Positions 1 through 10,064 of a stretch of 64,000 nt of DNA are shown here, in pieces. The first letter of the stretch is position 1; the number at the start of each line of letters is the position of its first letter. A program made the position numbers and the translations under genes. Origin of the DNA: Alphaproteobacteria bacterium (GTDB taxonomy: Bacteria; Pseudomonadota; Alphaproteobacteria; UBA828); NCBI GenBank assembly GCA_965237415.1, contig CBDEFM010000002.1:3808001-3872000 (forward strand), in the 5' to 3' direction. The notes beneath the pieces are model-generated. The model ran no database searches and was not told where the DNA came from. It saw only the letters and a program-made list of their open reading frames with translations.

Positions 1-879
1 GATCCGGTGCTCCCCATCGACCGCCATCTGCGCGTTGTAGCACTGCTGGAATCCCTCGCTGCTGGTCTTCATGATCTGGCTCTCGGGATCGGTGAAATTG
101 CTCTGCGCCTTCGGCTCGGGCTCGCCGTAGGCCCGCTTGTAGGGCCGCCCGCCCCGGGGATTGCGGTCCTGCCCAGGCTCGCGCCCGCGCTCATCGTCGC
201 GCCCGCGTTGCGCCGCCTCCAAACGCGCTTTGGCTGCCTGGATCGCCGCCAGGCGCTTCTCCCTGCGTTGCAACTCCTCGGGCAACTCGTCGCCCCGGAA
301 ATCCTCGCCCCAACGCTCGTCTTCTTCGGCGTCCACCATCCCCGCCCTCGTCAGCAGCGCCTCGATCTCCGCCTGCAAGCGAGCCGCCTCTTTGCCCATC
401 CGCTCATAGCTCATCGCCTTGCGCTTGCTCGCGTTCGCTCGCACCTTCGTCCCGTCGACCGAGAGCTTGCCGAACCGCGCCAGTCCCATCTCGCGCGCCA
501 CCTGCACCACCCCCACAAACAGCTCGCTGAACGCCGCCAGATGTCGGCGTCGGAACTCACATACCGTGCGATGTTGCGGGAAGTTGCCCGCCGCGAGCAT
601 CCGAAACGCTACATCCTCCTCCAGCTTCCTCGCCACCGCGCGCGAGGAGAATGTGCCCGTCGCGTAGGCATAGATCAGCACCTTGACCATCATCGACGGC
701 TCGTAGGGGGCGTTGCGTCGACCGTCCCCCTCGTAGGGCGCATAGAACGCCGTCAAGTCCAGTGCATCGACCACATCGCTGACGTGATGAGCCAGGTGCC
801 CTGGGGGAACCCACTCCTGCAAGTCCGGCGGCAAAAGCAAGGGTTGGGCCGGCTGGTAAGCACGAAACGTGGTCGGCAT
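1..879 (-). CDS. IS1182-family transposase, N-terminal part
   Basis: Same sequence as the 5' part of the transposase at 48041-49363; no stop inside the window. Confidence 0.85.
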   Translation of the reverse strand, partial: MPTTFRAYQPAQPLLLPPDLQEWVPPGHLAHHVSDVVDALDLTAFYAPYEGDGRRNAPYEPSMMVKVLIYAYATGTFSSRAVARKLEEDVAFRMLAAGNFPQHRTVCEFRRRHLAAFSELFVGVVQVAREMGLARFGKLSVDGTKVRANASKRKAMSYERMGKEAARLQAEIEALLTRAGMVDAEEDERWGEDFRGDELPEELQRREKRLAAIQAAKARLEAAQRGRDDERGREPGQDRNPRGGRPYKRAYGEPEPKAQSNFTDPESQIMKTSSEGFQQCYNAQMAVDGEHRI

Positions 880-992
880 CGGGAGTTCCTACACGCAACT
901 GGCGTATCGGATCATACTTCCCCCTGCGCAAATCCACCCACAACCCGTCCGCCATCAACTTTGCCGCGCGGACCTTTCCGCGGCGCACGCTC
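1..992 (-). mobile_element. IS1182-family element type A, partial (runs off window start)
   Basis: Near-identical to 48485-49476; ends in CGGCGCACGCTC followed by CTAG (993-996). Confidence 0.9.
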
Positions 993-1035
993 CTAGGCAG
1001 CGCCGGATATCACCGCATAGCAACTTCCCAATTTG

Positions 1036-1058
1036 ATTGTTCCGCTGAGCCGAACAAT
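1036..1058. promoter_or_regulatory. Putative LysR operator ATTGTTC-N9-GAACAAT overlapping the lysR start
   Basis: Perfect 7-bp dyad; the same ATTGT-N13-ACAAT occurs at 3302-3324. Confidence 0.6.
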
Positions 1059-1965
1059 GGACCTGAAACATCTCTGTCGGATCAACGTGTTTCAGAAGAT
1101 CGTCGAGACCGGCAACTTCACGCGTGCGGCCCAGGCGCTCAATCTCAGCAAGTCCGTGGTCAGCCAGCACGTCAGCGACCTCGAACGCGAACTGAACGTG
1201 CGCCTGCTGAACCGTTCGACCCGCTCGGTCGCGATCACCCACGAGGGCCATACACTCGCCGAAGCGGCCGAACGGATGATCGACATTGTCGGGACCGCGG
1301 TGGAACGGCTGGAAAGGCAGCAGGACCTGCCGTCGGGCATCATCCGGATGACGGCGTCCCAGAACCTCGCCGTGGTCTATCTCGCCGGCGCGGTCAAACG
1401 CTTCCGCGAGCGGCACCCCAAGGTCGATATCGAGCTCGATGTCCAGGACAGCATCACCAACATCATCGAGGGCGGCTACGATATCGCCTTCTGCATCGGC
1501 TGGCTGAAATCGACCGAGCTCCACGCCGTCAAGATCTGCGATTTCGAAATGATTCCCTGCGCGTCGCCGGCCTATGTCAAGAAGTTCGGGCCGATCGGCT
1601 CGCCGCTGGATCTGACCCACAAGCCGTGGATCACGCTCACCGTCATGCCGGACTTCGACCGGTTGACGCTGACCAACGCCGATCACGACGATGCCAGTGT
1701 CAAGGTCGATCCCTCGATCCGGACGAACTCGGGCATGACGGCCAAGCAGTTCGTTCTGGACGAGGCGGGCGCCGCGCTCCTGCCGGACTACGCGATCCGC
1801 GGCGAAATCGAAAGCGGGCGGATCGTTCGCTTGCTGCCCGGCTGGCGGCACCGGCCCGGTGCCATCGCTGCAACCTACGTGCACCGGCGCCATATGCCGC
1901 CGAGGCTGCGTGCCTTCCTCGATTTCCTCAAGGAAGACGCGAAATCCACCTTCAATCCGCGTTAA
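1057..1965 (+). CDS. LysR-family transcriptional regulator (CrgA/DmlR-like)
   Basis: HTH FQKIVETGNFTRAAQALNLSKSVVSQHVSDLE, LLNRSTRSV, C-terminal PPRLRAFLDFL. Confidence 0.95.
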   Translation: MDLKHLCRINVFQKIVETGNFTRAAQALNLSKSVVSQHVSDLERELNVRLLNRSTRSVAITHEGHTLAEAAERMIDIVGTAVERLERQQDLPSGIIRMTASQNLAVVYLAGAVKRFRERHPKVDIELDVQDSITNIIEGGYDIAFCIGWLKSTELHAVKICDFEMIPCASPAYVKKFGPIGSPLDLTHKPWITLTVMPDFDRLTLTNADHDDASVKVDPSIRTNSGMTAKQFVLDEAGAALLPDYAIRGEIESGRIVRLLPGWRHRPGAIAATYVHRRHMPPRLRAFLDFLKEDAKSTFNPR

Positions 1966-1992
1966 GCAGAGTTCGCCGGGCGTCGCCTCGCC

Positions 1993-3222
1993 CTATTCGG
2001 CCGCAGCCGAGTAGGCCCTCAATGCCGGGTCGGTTTCGCCGCCGATCGTGCCGTTCTTGTTCAGCTCGACGATTTCCGCTTCGCTCAGGCCAATTTCGGA
2101 CAGGATTTCCGAGCAATGTTCGCCGAGTTGCGGAGCGCCGGCTCGATGGGTCGCCGGCGAGCCCTCGAACCGGGCGGCATTGCGCGTCTGGCGGAGCCTC
2201 CCGGCGGCCGGATGGTCGGTTTCGACCAGGACTTGGTTTGCGACGACCTGCGGATGGTCGATCACGCCGTTCCGGTTGAGCGCCGGCGCACAGGGCACGC
2301 CGCAGGCTTCGAGGATCGCCATCCATTCGTCAGTGGTGCGCTCCAGCAGCACCTGCTGGGTCAATTCGAGCCGCTCGTCCACATGCGCGTCGCGCGCCGC
2401 AGGCGTCGTGAAACGGTCGTCCTCGAACCATTCCTCCCGTTCCAACGCCTTGCAGAGGCCCTGCCATTCCCTGTCGGACATGATGGCGACCGTCATGTAG
2501 CCGTCCTTCATCCGGTAGATCAGGTCGATGAAGCTGGCCGCCGCCTGATCGGAGACGTCTGCGTCGGGATAGGTCTGAGCGCCGAAGTCCGAGGCCCAGA
2601 GGAACTGCAGGATCGCGTCCAGCATGGACAGGCGGACATGCTGGCCCTGGCCCGTGCGTTCGCGCCGAAACAGGGCAGCGCCGATGGCCTGCGAGGCGGC
2701 CATGGCGGAAAACTTGTCGGGCAGGACGGTGCGCACCAGGCGCGGGCGTTCGTCGTCGGAGCCGGCCTGGATCGTGGTCAGGCCGGAAAGCGCCTGGATC
2801 ACGGGGTCGTAGACGGGCTTGTGGACCCACGGCCCCTTTTCGCCGAAGCCGGACAGCGACATGTAGACGATCCGCGGATTGACCTTCGCGACATCCTCGT
2901 AGCCGACGCCCAGTCTGTCGACCACGCCGGGGCGGAAATTCTGGACGAAGACATCGGCCGTCTCCGCGATCCTGAGCAGGAGATCGCGGCCTTGCGCCTT
3001 CTTGAGGTCCAGCGTGATCGAGCGCTTGCTCCGGTTGATGTTCAGGAACATCGACGACATTCCGCCGCGGCGGTTGCCGAGCGAGCGCACGTGATCGCCC
3101 TTGCCCGGCACCTCGACCTTGATGACGTCAGCGCCCTGGTCGCCCAGGATCGAGGTCGCCCAGGGGCCGGAAAGCATGCTGGTCAGGTCGACGACTTTTA
3201 CGCCTTCGAACGGTCCGCTCAT
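1993..3222 (-). CDS. CaiB/BaiF family III CoA-transferase
   Basis: GVKVVDLT..GP, GADVIKVE, NRSKRSITLDLK, NFRPG, YDPVIQALSG. Confidence 0.95.
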   Translation of the reverse strand: MSGPFEGVKVVDLTSMLSGPWATSILGDQGADVIKVEVPGKGDHVRSLGNRRGGMSSMFLNINRSKRSITLDLKKAQGRDLLLRIAETADVFVQNFRPGVVDRLGVGYEDVAKVNPRIVYMSLSGFGEKGPWVHKPVYDPVIQALSGLTTIQAGSDDERPRLVRTVLPDKFSAMAASQAIGAALFRRERTGQGQHVRLSMLDAILQFLWASDFGAQTYPDADVSDQAAASFIDLIYRMKDGYMTVAIMSDREWQGLCKALEREEWFEDDRFTTPAARDAHVDERLELTQQVLLERTTDEWMAILEACGVPCAPALNRNGVIDHPQVVANQVLVETDHPAAGRLRQTRNAARFEGSPATHRAGAPQLGEHCSEILSEIGLSEAEIVELNKNGTIGGETDPALRAYSAAAE

Positions 3223-3301
3223 CGGAATCCTCCCGCCAGGTTCATGCGGAAACGACGATAGATTCTCGTTCTGCACCCGCATACTGCCGTTTCCCGAACC
3301 G

Positions 3302-3324
3302 ATTGTCTGGATATTTCGAACAAT
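3302..3324. promoter_or_regulatory. Putative LysR operator in the divergent CaiB/GST promoter region
   Basis: ATTGTctggatatttcgaACAAT, same spacing as 1036-1058. Confidence 0.55.
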
Positions 3325-3433
3325 AGCGGCGGGCGATCCGGCGGGGGCGGCGACGCCGTGTGCTTACAATTGCCACACCTTGGGGCTACGTTCGCCGGAT
3401 GGCGCGGACGCCGCTACCGGAGGATACCGGCCC

Positions 3434-4147
3434 ATGATCGACGCCTATTACTGGCCGACGCCGAATGGATGGAAGATCTCCATCGCCCTGGAGGAAATGG
3501 ATCTCGACTACCGGATCGTCCCCGTCAACATCTATCGGGGCGAACAGTACGAACCCGGCTTCCTCGCCATCAGCCCGAACAATCGGATGCCTGCGATCGT
3601 CGATCATGATCCGTCGGACGGCGGCGGGGCGCTCGCGGTGTTCGAATCCGGCGCCATCCTGATCTACCTGACCGAAAAGACCGGCCGCTTCCTGCCGACG
3701 GATTTGCGCGGGCGCAAGACCGTGCTCGAATGGCTCTCTTGACAGCTGGGGGGCCTCGGCCCGATGATCGGCCAGGCCGGCCATTTCAAGCTCTATGCGC
3801 CGGAGCCCATTCCCTACGCCATCGAGCGCTATCGCAGCGAAATGCTGCGCCTGTACGGCGTGCTCGACCGAAGGCTCGAGGGCCGCGACTATATCGCCGA
3901 CGAGTATTCCATCGCCGACATGGCCTGCTGGCCCTGGGTCATCACCTACAAGGGGCAGAAGGTCGACCTCGACGCGTTCCCCAACGTGAAGCGCTGGTAC
4001 AAGGCGCTGCAGCAGCGGCCGGCGCTGCGGCGCGGCTATGACGCCGGCAAGGAACTCGGCAAGCTGAAGATGGAGTGGGACGAGGAAACCAAGCGGAACC
4101 TTCTGCCCGGCTACCGGCCGGAGGGGGCGCCGGGAAGCGCCGCCTGA
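3434..4147 (+). pseudogene. Glutathione S-transferase (YfcG/Nu class) with an in-frame TGA
   Basis: YYWPTPNGWK, SPNNRMPAI, FESGAIL; TGA at 3740-3742 in EWLS*QLGGLGPM, where Trp is usual; frame continues to 4147. Confidence 0.85.
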
Positions 4148-4212
4148 ATCCCGTTATCCGAGCCGCCGCGATTGCCGGTCATATCGCCGGAGTGTTCGCC
4201 ACGGAGGTCGCG

Positions 4213-4461
4213 ATGTCGCTAGCCCCGCCCACTGCCGAGCGCTATTCCATCCTCACTTGCCCGACCTGCGGGCATGAGGCGCGAGAGGAAATGCCAACCG
4301 ACTCGTGCCTGTTCTTCCATGAGTGCGCGGGCTGCGGCGTGCGGCTGAAGCCGCTTCCGGGCGATTGCTGCGTATTTTGCTCTTACGGTTCGGTGCCGTG
4401 CCCGCCGAAGCAGGCGGCCGGTCGTTCAGCGCCGAATATTGACCACAGCCACTCGGAATAG
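4213..4461 (+). CDS. GDCCVxC-domain small Cys-rich metal-binding protein
   Basis: TCPTCG..MPTDSC..CAGCG..LKPLPGDCCVFCSYGSVPCPP; RBS GGAGG. Confidence 0.85.
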   Translation: MSLAPPTAERYSILTCPTCGHEAREEMPTDSCLFFHECAGCGVRLKPLPGDCCVFCSYGSVPCPPKQAAGRSAPNIDHSHSE

Positions 4462-4541
4462 ATTGAGTTTATGGCACGCCGATCGGCGTCCGACACAGGC
4501 GTACGATTGCGCTGCTGACCGCCCTGCGGCGACTGCTTGCG

Positions 4542-4674
4542 CTAGTCACCTGAATCTGAAGTTCGCCACATAAAGACAACTATATTGCACGACCACATTC
4601 TTCGACAATAGAGCGACTTAGTGTGACGACACTGCCAATTGAAAATGATCTCAACTTCAGTGTCAGGTGACTAG
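4542..4674. mobile_element. MITE-like element
   Basis: Terminal IRs CTAGTCACCTGAATCTGAAGTT / AACTTCAGTGTCAGGTGACTAG around an AT-rich non-coding core. Confidence 0.75.
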
Positions 4675-5728
4675 AGCATATTCCGCTCACACACGGTCAT
4701 ATTCTGTAGCAACGAAGTGGTTTTCGCACTCGGCCGGGGTGAAGATGTCTGTGGCGTGGCCGATGGCCTCCCAGAGTTCTGTGACGGTGCGGGCGGCGCG
4801 GCGTTTGAGGTCGGCCTTGAACTTGGAGAAGGCCGTCTCCATCGGGTTGAAGTCGGGGCTGTAGGGCGGCAGGAAGCGCAGCTCGGCCCCGACCCGGTGA
4901 ATGTCCTCGCGGACGGCGGCGCTGCGGTGGGCGGCGAGATTATCCATCGCCACGATGTCGCCGGGCTCAAGCGTCGGCACCAGCACCTTCTCGACATAGG
5001 CGAGGAAGGCGGCGCCGTGCATGGCGCCGTCGAGCACCATGGGGGCGGTCATTCCGCTCAGTCTCAGTGCGCCGACGAAGGTCGTGGTCTTCCAGTAGCC
5101 GTGGGGGACCGGCGCCCGGCACCGATGTCCGCGCAGAGCCCGGCCGCAGCGCGTCGTGCCATCTTGGTGGAGGCGCCGGTCTCATCGACGAAGACGAGCC
5201 TGTCAGGGTCGAGAGCGGGCTGGGCTTCGAACCAGGCTCGCCGGCGCCGCAGCACATCAGGTCGCTGCTGCTCGCTGGCGTGCGTCGTTTTTTTGAAGGT
5301 GATCCCCCGGCGGTGGAAGAAGCGCCACACGGTGCTTTGGGAGACCCGCAGCCCGTGCCCGCTCTCCAGATGGGCCGCGATCTCCGCCAGGGTCATGTCC
5401 GGGGTCTCTTCGACCAGCGCCAGAACCACCTCGGCTCGTGCCTCGATCCGCTGCGAGCGCCTGTCTCCGCCTTGCGCTCTGGGCCGATAGCTGCCCGTCA
5501 GACGCCAGGCCCGAACCCACTTGATCGCCGTTGAGAGGGCGATCCCGAAGCGCTTGGCCGCTCCCCGCCGTGACATCCCACCATCCACCGCCGTCACCAC
5601 CCGGCGGCGCAGATCATCCGAAAGAGGTCGTGTCATGCAGGCTGGCCTCCTTCACCAGCCTGCATCTTGAATCACATCTCCAAGCGATTGAAAATTCTAA
5701 AGATTCTCTCAGCTCGAAAAATGCTCTA
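4672..5728 (-). mobile_element. IS630-family element, copy 1
   Basis: TAGAGCAT.. termini, both within CTAG; closely similar to 11444-12498. Confidence 0.9.
4687..5636 (-). pseudogene. IS630 transposase, frameshifted
   Basis: Extra GC near 5150 relative to the intact copy splits the DETG and MDN..H/PYSPD halves. Confidence 0.85.
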
Positions 5729-5759
5729 GCCGAGAATTTTCTCACTATCCGTGGTCCAG

Positions 5760-5977
5760 CTTCCGGGAAGCAGGTCAGGATTGTTGGCCAAGCTGGGTGG
5801 CCGGCGGAACGCAGCGGAGCCGGGCGACCAGCTTGGCGGGACGATCGTCTCGGGAGCCGGCGGCCGGTATCCCAGGCTGCTGTAGTGGCGCCGCCAGGCT
5901 TCGATGAGAGCCTGCGCTTCCCTGAGGGTGTAGAAGATCTCGCCGTTGAGCAACTCGTCCCTAAGTTGCCGTTGACA
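5760..5977 (-). pseudogene. IS3-family transposase C-terminal remnant
   Basis: RDELLNGEIFYTLREAQALIEAWRRHY..SSLGYRPP. Confidence 0.8.
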
Positions 5978-6072
5978 GTCTGACCTCCGCTCTTGGAGTC
6001 GCTGATGCGTGGCTTGGTCAGGAGCGGGTTCTTGACTGACCGGCCCTCGATCGATGGCCGAGAGGCCGGACG

Positions 6073-9000
6073 CTACCCGGAGCGGCGTAGTGCGTCTGTC
6101 GCGGCCATGTCGAGTTCACCGTCCGCGCTGACGACGACCTTGTAGATCTCACGCGCAGCTTCGACGGAAGCCCACCCCTCGCGCACGTCCTTCGCCACCT
6201 TCTGGGGCGGGCGCTCGAGCGGCGAACCGTACCCGCCACCGCCGCAGGAATAGGACACGATGGTGTGGTCCGGGGGGATGATCGCCTGGGAGCAGGGATC
6301 TAGCTGGTGGAGATCGCCATTGGGAGCACGGCGGAACTGATTAGAGCGCGCGCCCGGCCCGCCGCCTCGGGCCCCTTCCGGAGCCGATATATTGCCATCG
6401 CTCACAAAGCCGACCTCGATGTCCGCTTCGGTGGGCCCGAACTCCGAATACATGCTTTCACCGCCTCGGGTGCGCCCGTAACCACCGCTGTCCGTCAAAT
6501 AGTGTCGGCCGACCACGAACAACGGAAAGCGCATCTCGTCGAGCTCCACGCTATCCTGATGGCAAGCGCCGCCATTGCCCATATGGCCGATGGAGATCCA
6601 AGCGTCGCAATGCGGTGCCGCCGCACCGCCGCCCCAGCCGAGAAAGATTTGGTTCACATACGGTCCGCGCGTTTTCTTGCTTACACCCGAAATGACGCCG
6701 AGCGAGGGTGGCTGGAGCGAGCCCGTGCTCGCCATGCCGAAGCCGTCGCCGAGCTTGGCGATCGCGCGCGATACGGCGTTGCCGACGCGGTCGGCGACAT
6801 TGGTCGTCGCCACCGAGCAGCTCGTCGGATGGACCGCGATGCCGGCGACGCAGCCCTCGCGCAAGTGCACTTTGATACGGCGGAACGAGCCCTCGTTGCA
6901 CGGCACTTGGTCCGGAATGCCGTTGAAGACGGCGAGCAGAGCGTTGCTCTCTGAGCACGCCCGACTCAGATTGAGCCCGCACGGATAGCTATCCGGGTTG
7001 TCGCGCAAATCCACCTCGATGATGCCGTCCTTGGTCCGCGTCTCGACCACGGCTTGCACCGGAATGCCCTCCTCGGCGTTGGGGAAGGGGTCGTGCCGGC
7101 TTTCGCAAGTCGCACGGCCCTCCGGCATCTTCCCAATCGCCTCGGCCATGAGCTGCTCGGAATAGTCCATCCACTGCGCCGAGAAGCTCTCAAGCGTGTC
7201 CCAGCCGACTTCCTTGCCGAGCGCCAGCATCTCGCGCTCGCCGATGCGGGCGGCGCCCAACATGGCGAGATAGTCGCCCCACCACTGGTTGGGCACGCGG
7301 ATGCGCAGCCGGCACATGCGGATGATGTCGTCGATGTCCTTGTAGTCGCGCTGAATTTGGACCGCAGGAAAGATCAGCGCTCCCTCTTGATACACATCGC
7401 GCGCGCTACCGTGATAGGTCGTCGGAATCGAGTTGCCGCAATCGGCCTGATGCGCCTTGGCTACCATGGTGAAGCGGTGGATGCCGTCGTCGTCGATCAC
7501 GGGGACCAGGATCGTGTGGTCGGCGGGGTGTGTGTTGCCGTGATAGGGCGAGTTGTGCAGGAATGCGTCGCCGCGTGTGACCTCGGGGTGGAACTCCTTC
7601 ATGGAAGCGCACATTAGGTCGGCGCCGCGCAGCACATGAACGGGCAGACTTTCCGAGGCGCAGAGCAGCTGGTGCTCAGCCGTCACGATACAGCACGAGA
7701 AATCGCGCGCGCTGTTCAGCACGCCGGATCGTCCGGTGCGCAGCAGCGTGTTGGCCATCTTGGCCGAAATGGCCTCCAGGCGTTTGTTGAGTATGGCCAA
7801 TTGCACGCCATCGAGGCTTCCCGGCGTCGAGGCCTCCTTGGCAGCCGGGGCGGGGGGCGTGATCATCAGGCTGCCCGAAGCGCGCCTCTCCACCGCAGCG
7901 CCCGGCTCGACCACCACGGTGGTGAAGGACGATTCGATGATCGCCGGTCCCTCTACTATGAGGCCCCGGTCGATCGCCTCGAGGCGGACAACCTTCGCCT
8001 CGACCATGCCGACATCCGGCAAATAGACCGTCCTGCGCGCGGATGAGTGGAAGTCGCCGGTGTCTTCGACCAGCCGCCTGTCCGTGCCCTCGCGGAGTGT
8101 GCAGCGCACATTCGCGCGCCAGCCGACAATCTCGATCTCCGAATCCGTGTCTGCGATGGCGAAGATGTCTTCGTGGACCTTGTGGAAATCGGCGCGCAGG
8201 GCCGCCACGTCGGCGTCCGATGTAAATCGATTGGAACGGAGCGGTACTTCTACCTCCCAAATCTGGCTCGGATAGCGTGCTTCGGCTGTGAACTCCACAA
8301 CCTGTTCCAATGACCCTGCGCCCGGGCCCGCGATGAACGTACGGCACTGGTCCTCGATCTGGGCGAGGACGTCGTTGACACCTTCGAAGTCGAACGCGCC
8401 AGTGTCGGTATAGAGTGTCAGGCTGAACTCGGCGCGCAAATCCGAGATCAGCGCGCCGACCGCGCTCAGCGCCGCCGCAACATCGGGCAGCACGACCTGG
8501 CGACAGCCAAGCCGCTGGGCGATTTGCACGATGTTGAGGCCGGCCGCGCCACCCCCGCCGATCAGGGTGGCGCTCCGTGGGTCGATGCCCTGATTAACCG
8601 TGATGTCCTCAATGGCGCGCACCATGTTCTCGGTCGCAATGTTCATAATCGCCGAGGCGGCAGTGTGGAGGTCGAGCCCCAGCTTGTCGCCCACATCATC
8701 CGCGATGGCGCGCGCCGCCGCCTCGACATCGAGCTTCATCGCGCCGCCCAAGAAGTAGTCAGGGTCGATCCAGCCGAGCACGACGGCGGCGTCTGTCACG
8801 GTGGGCTCGTTTCCACCCTTGCCGTAGCAAACCGGCCCCGGCACGGCGCCCGCACTCCGCGGTCCAACGTGCAAGAGCCCCCCTTGATCGACCCAAGCGA
8901 TGCTGCCGCCGCCCGCACCGATACTCTTGACGTCGACTGCGGGAAAGCCGGTCATGTGGCCGAGCAGTCTCGGCCCGATCCAAGTCTCGCGAGTCCAGGG

Positions 9001-9912
9001 AATTCGTCCGCCACGCACGAGGCTCACGTCAAACGTTGTTCCGCCCGTGTCCGCGACGATTACCATATCCGTGCCGGCATCGGCTCGGGCGTAGGCACGG
9101 CCCGCGATGGGCGCCATAGCCGGTCCGGAATTGATCGAATGGATCGGAGCGTCTGCCATGTCCTTGGCATCTAAGGCGCCGCCCTGGGTGGTCACGACCA
9201 GCACGCGGCCCCGGAAGCCCGACTCGCGCAGACGCTCGTCGAGGCTGCCGAGGTATCTTCCCATCAGCGGCTTGAGCGAGGCGTCGATGCAGGTCGAGGA
9301 TGCTCGGCGGTACTCTCGCAGCGACGGGTTGAGGCGATGGGACAGCGTGTAGGGGATACCCGGAAGATGCGTGTCCAGAAGCTCCCCGACACGAACCTCG
9401 TGGATCGGATTGACGATTGACCAGAGCAAGCAGACGCCGATCGCCTCGATGCTCTTCTCCTTGAGCTTCGCGATGGTGTCGAGCAGCGCTCCTTCGTCGA
9501 GCGGCTCACGAATCGATCCGTCATCAGTGATCCGCCCGGTGACCTCGAAAGTGAGCGAGCGCGGCACGTAAGGCTCGGGATAGGGCTTGAAGTTGAAGAA
9601 GTCGGTGCGGCTGCCCTCGCGAATCACCAGAATATCGGGATGGCCCTTGGTGGTCAGGAACGCCGTCTTGGCAGTCCTGCCGGTGATAATCGCGTTGATC
9701 GCGTGCGTGGTACCATGAATTAGCATTTCCCCGCGTGCGAGCAACTCGTTGCGCGTCAGGCCGGCATCCCGGGCCGCCAAGTCGAAGGCTGCGAGCACCC
9801 CGCCGATCGGATCATCCGGAGTGGTCGCAGCCTTGTACATGCGAAGCGTGCCGGAGCTGTCCTCCGTGACGAGGTCGGTGAAGGTGCCCCCGGTATCCAC
9901 AGCGAATCGCAT
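6073..9912 (-). CDS. Fused hydantoinase A/B (5-oxoprolinase-like ATP-dependent lactamase)
   Basis: DTGGTFTD, HGTT, SGP, DTGGTTFD, GAGGGS; then ARDFSC, HPAD, HQADCG, GGGGYG in one 1279-aa ORF. Confidence 0.92.
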   Translation of the reverse strand: MRFAVDTGGTFTDLVTEDSSGTLRMYKAATTPDDPIGGVLAAFDLAARDAGLTRNELLARGEMLIHGTTHAINAIITGRTAKTAFLTTKGHPDILVIREGSRTDFFNFKPYPEPYVPRSLTFEVTGRITDDGSIREPLDEGALLDTIAKLKEKSIEAIGVCLLWSIVNPIHEVRVGELLDTHLPGIPYTLSHRLNPSLREYRRASSTCIDASLKPLMGRYLGSLDERLRESGFRGRVLVVTTQGGALDAKDMADAPIHSINSGPAMAPIAGRAYARADAGTDMVIVADTGGTTFDVSLVRGGRIPWTRETWIGPRLLGHMTGFPAVDVKSIGAGGGSIAWVDQGGLLHVGPRSAGAVPGPVCYGKGGNEPTVTDAAVVLGWIDPDYFLGGAMKLDVEAAARAIADDVGDKLGLDLHTAASAIMNIATENMVRAIEDITVNQGIDPRSATLIGGGGAAGLNIVQIAQRLGCRQVVLPDVAAALSAVGALISDLRAEFSLTLYTDTGAFDFEGVNDVLAQIEDQCRTFIAGPGAGSLEQVVEFTAEARYPSQIWEVEVPLRSNRFTSDADVAALRADFHKVHEDIFAIADTDSEIEIVGWRANVRCTLREGTDRRLVEDTGDFHSSARRTVYLPDVGMVEAKVVRLEAIDRGLIVEGPAIIESSFTTVVVEPGAAVERRASGSLMITPPAPAAKEASTPGSLDGVQLAILNKRLEAISAKMANTLLRTGRSGVLNSARDFSCCIVTAEHQLLCASESLPVHVLRGADLMCASMKEFHPEVTRGDAFLHNSPYHGNTHPADHTILVPVIDDDGIHRFTMVAKAHQADCGNSIPTTYHGSARDVYQEGALIFPAVQIQRDYKDIDDIIRMCRLRIRVPNQWWGDYLAMLGAARIGEREMLALGKEVGWDTLESFSAQWMDYSEQLMAEAIGKMPEGRATCESRHDPFPNAEEGIPVQAVVETRTKDGIIEVDLRDNPDSYPCGLNLSRACSESNALLAVFNGIPDQVPCNEGSFRRIKVHLREGCVAGIAVHPTSCSVATTNVADRVGNAVSRAIAKLGDGFGMASTGSLQPPSLGVISGVSKKTRGPYVNQIFLGWGGGAAAPHCDAWISIGHMGNGGACHQDSVELDEMRFPLFVVGRHYLTDSGGYGRTRGGESMYSEFGPTEADIEVGFVSDGNISAPEGARGGGPGARSNQFRRAPNGDLHQLDPCSQAIIPPDHTIVSYSCGGGGYGSPLERPPQKVAKDVREGWASVEAAREIYKVVVSADGELDMAATDALRRSG

Positions 9913-10064
9913 GCTTCCTCCCCTCCCTTGCTTCTACCCAGGACGGCGCGCCGTCCTGAAGCTCGGCGCGGCTGTGTCGGCCTCGGCCCTGCCGTCGGCA
10001 TGTGTCAAGGCGAACAGACACCAATCCCGTGGTACCATATCTGGATGGGACAAGGGAGGTCATC

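Noticed and set aside
7-996. 329-aa plus-strand ORF, and similar long ORFs at 47906, 49353 and 54094
   Set aside because: Antisense shadows of IS1182 transposases
5285-5296. Programmed frameshift at the IS630 A7 run
   Set aside because: The ORF reads through it in frame; the real break is a 2-bp insertion near 5150
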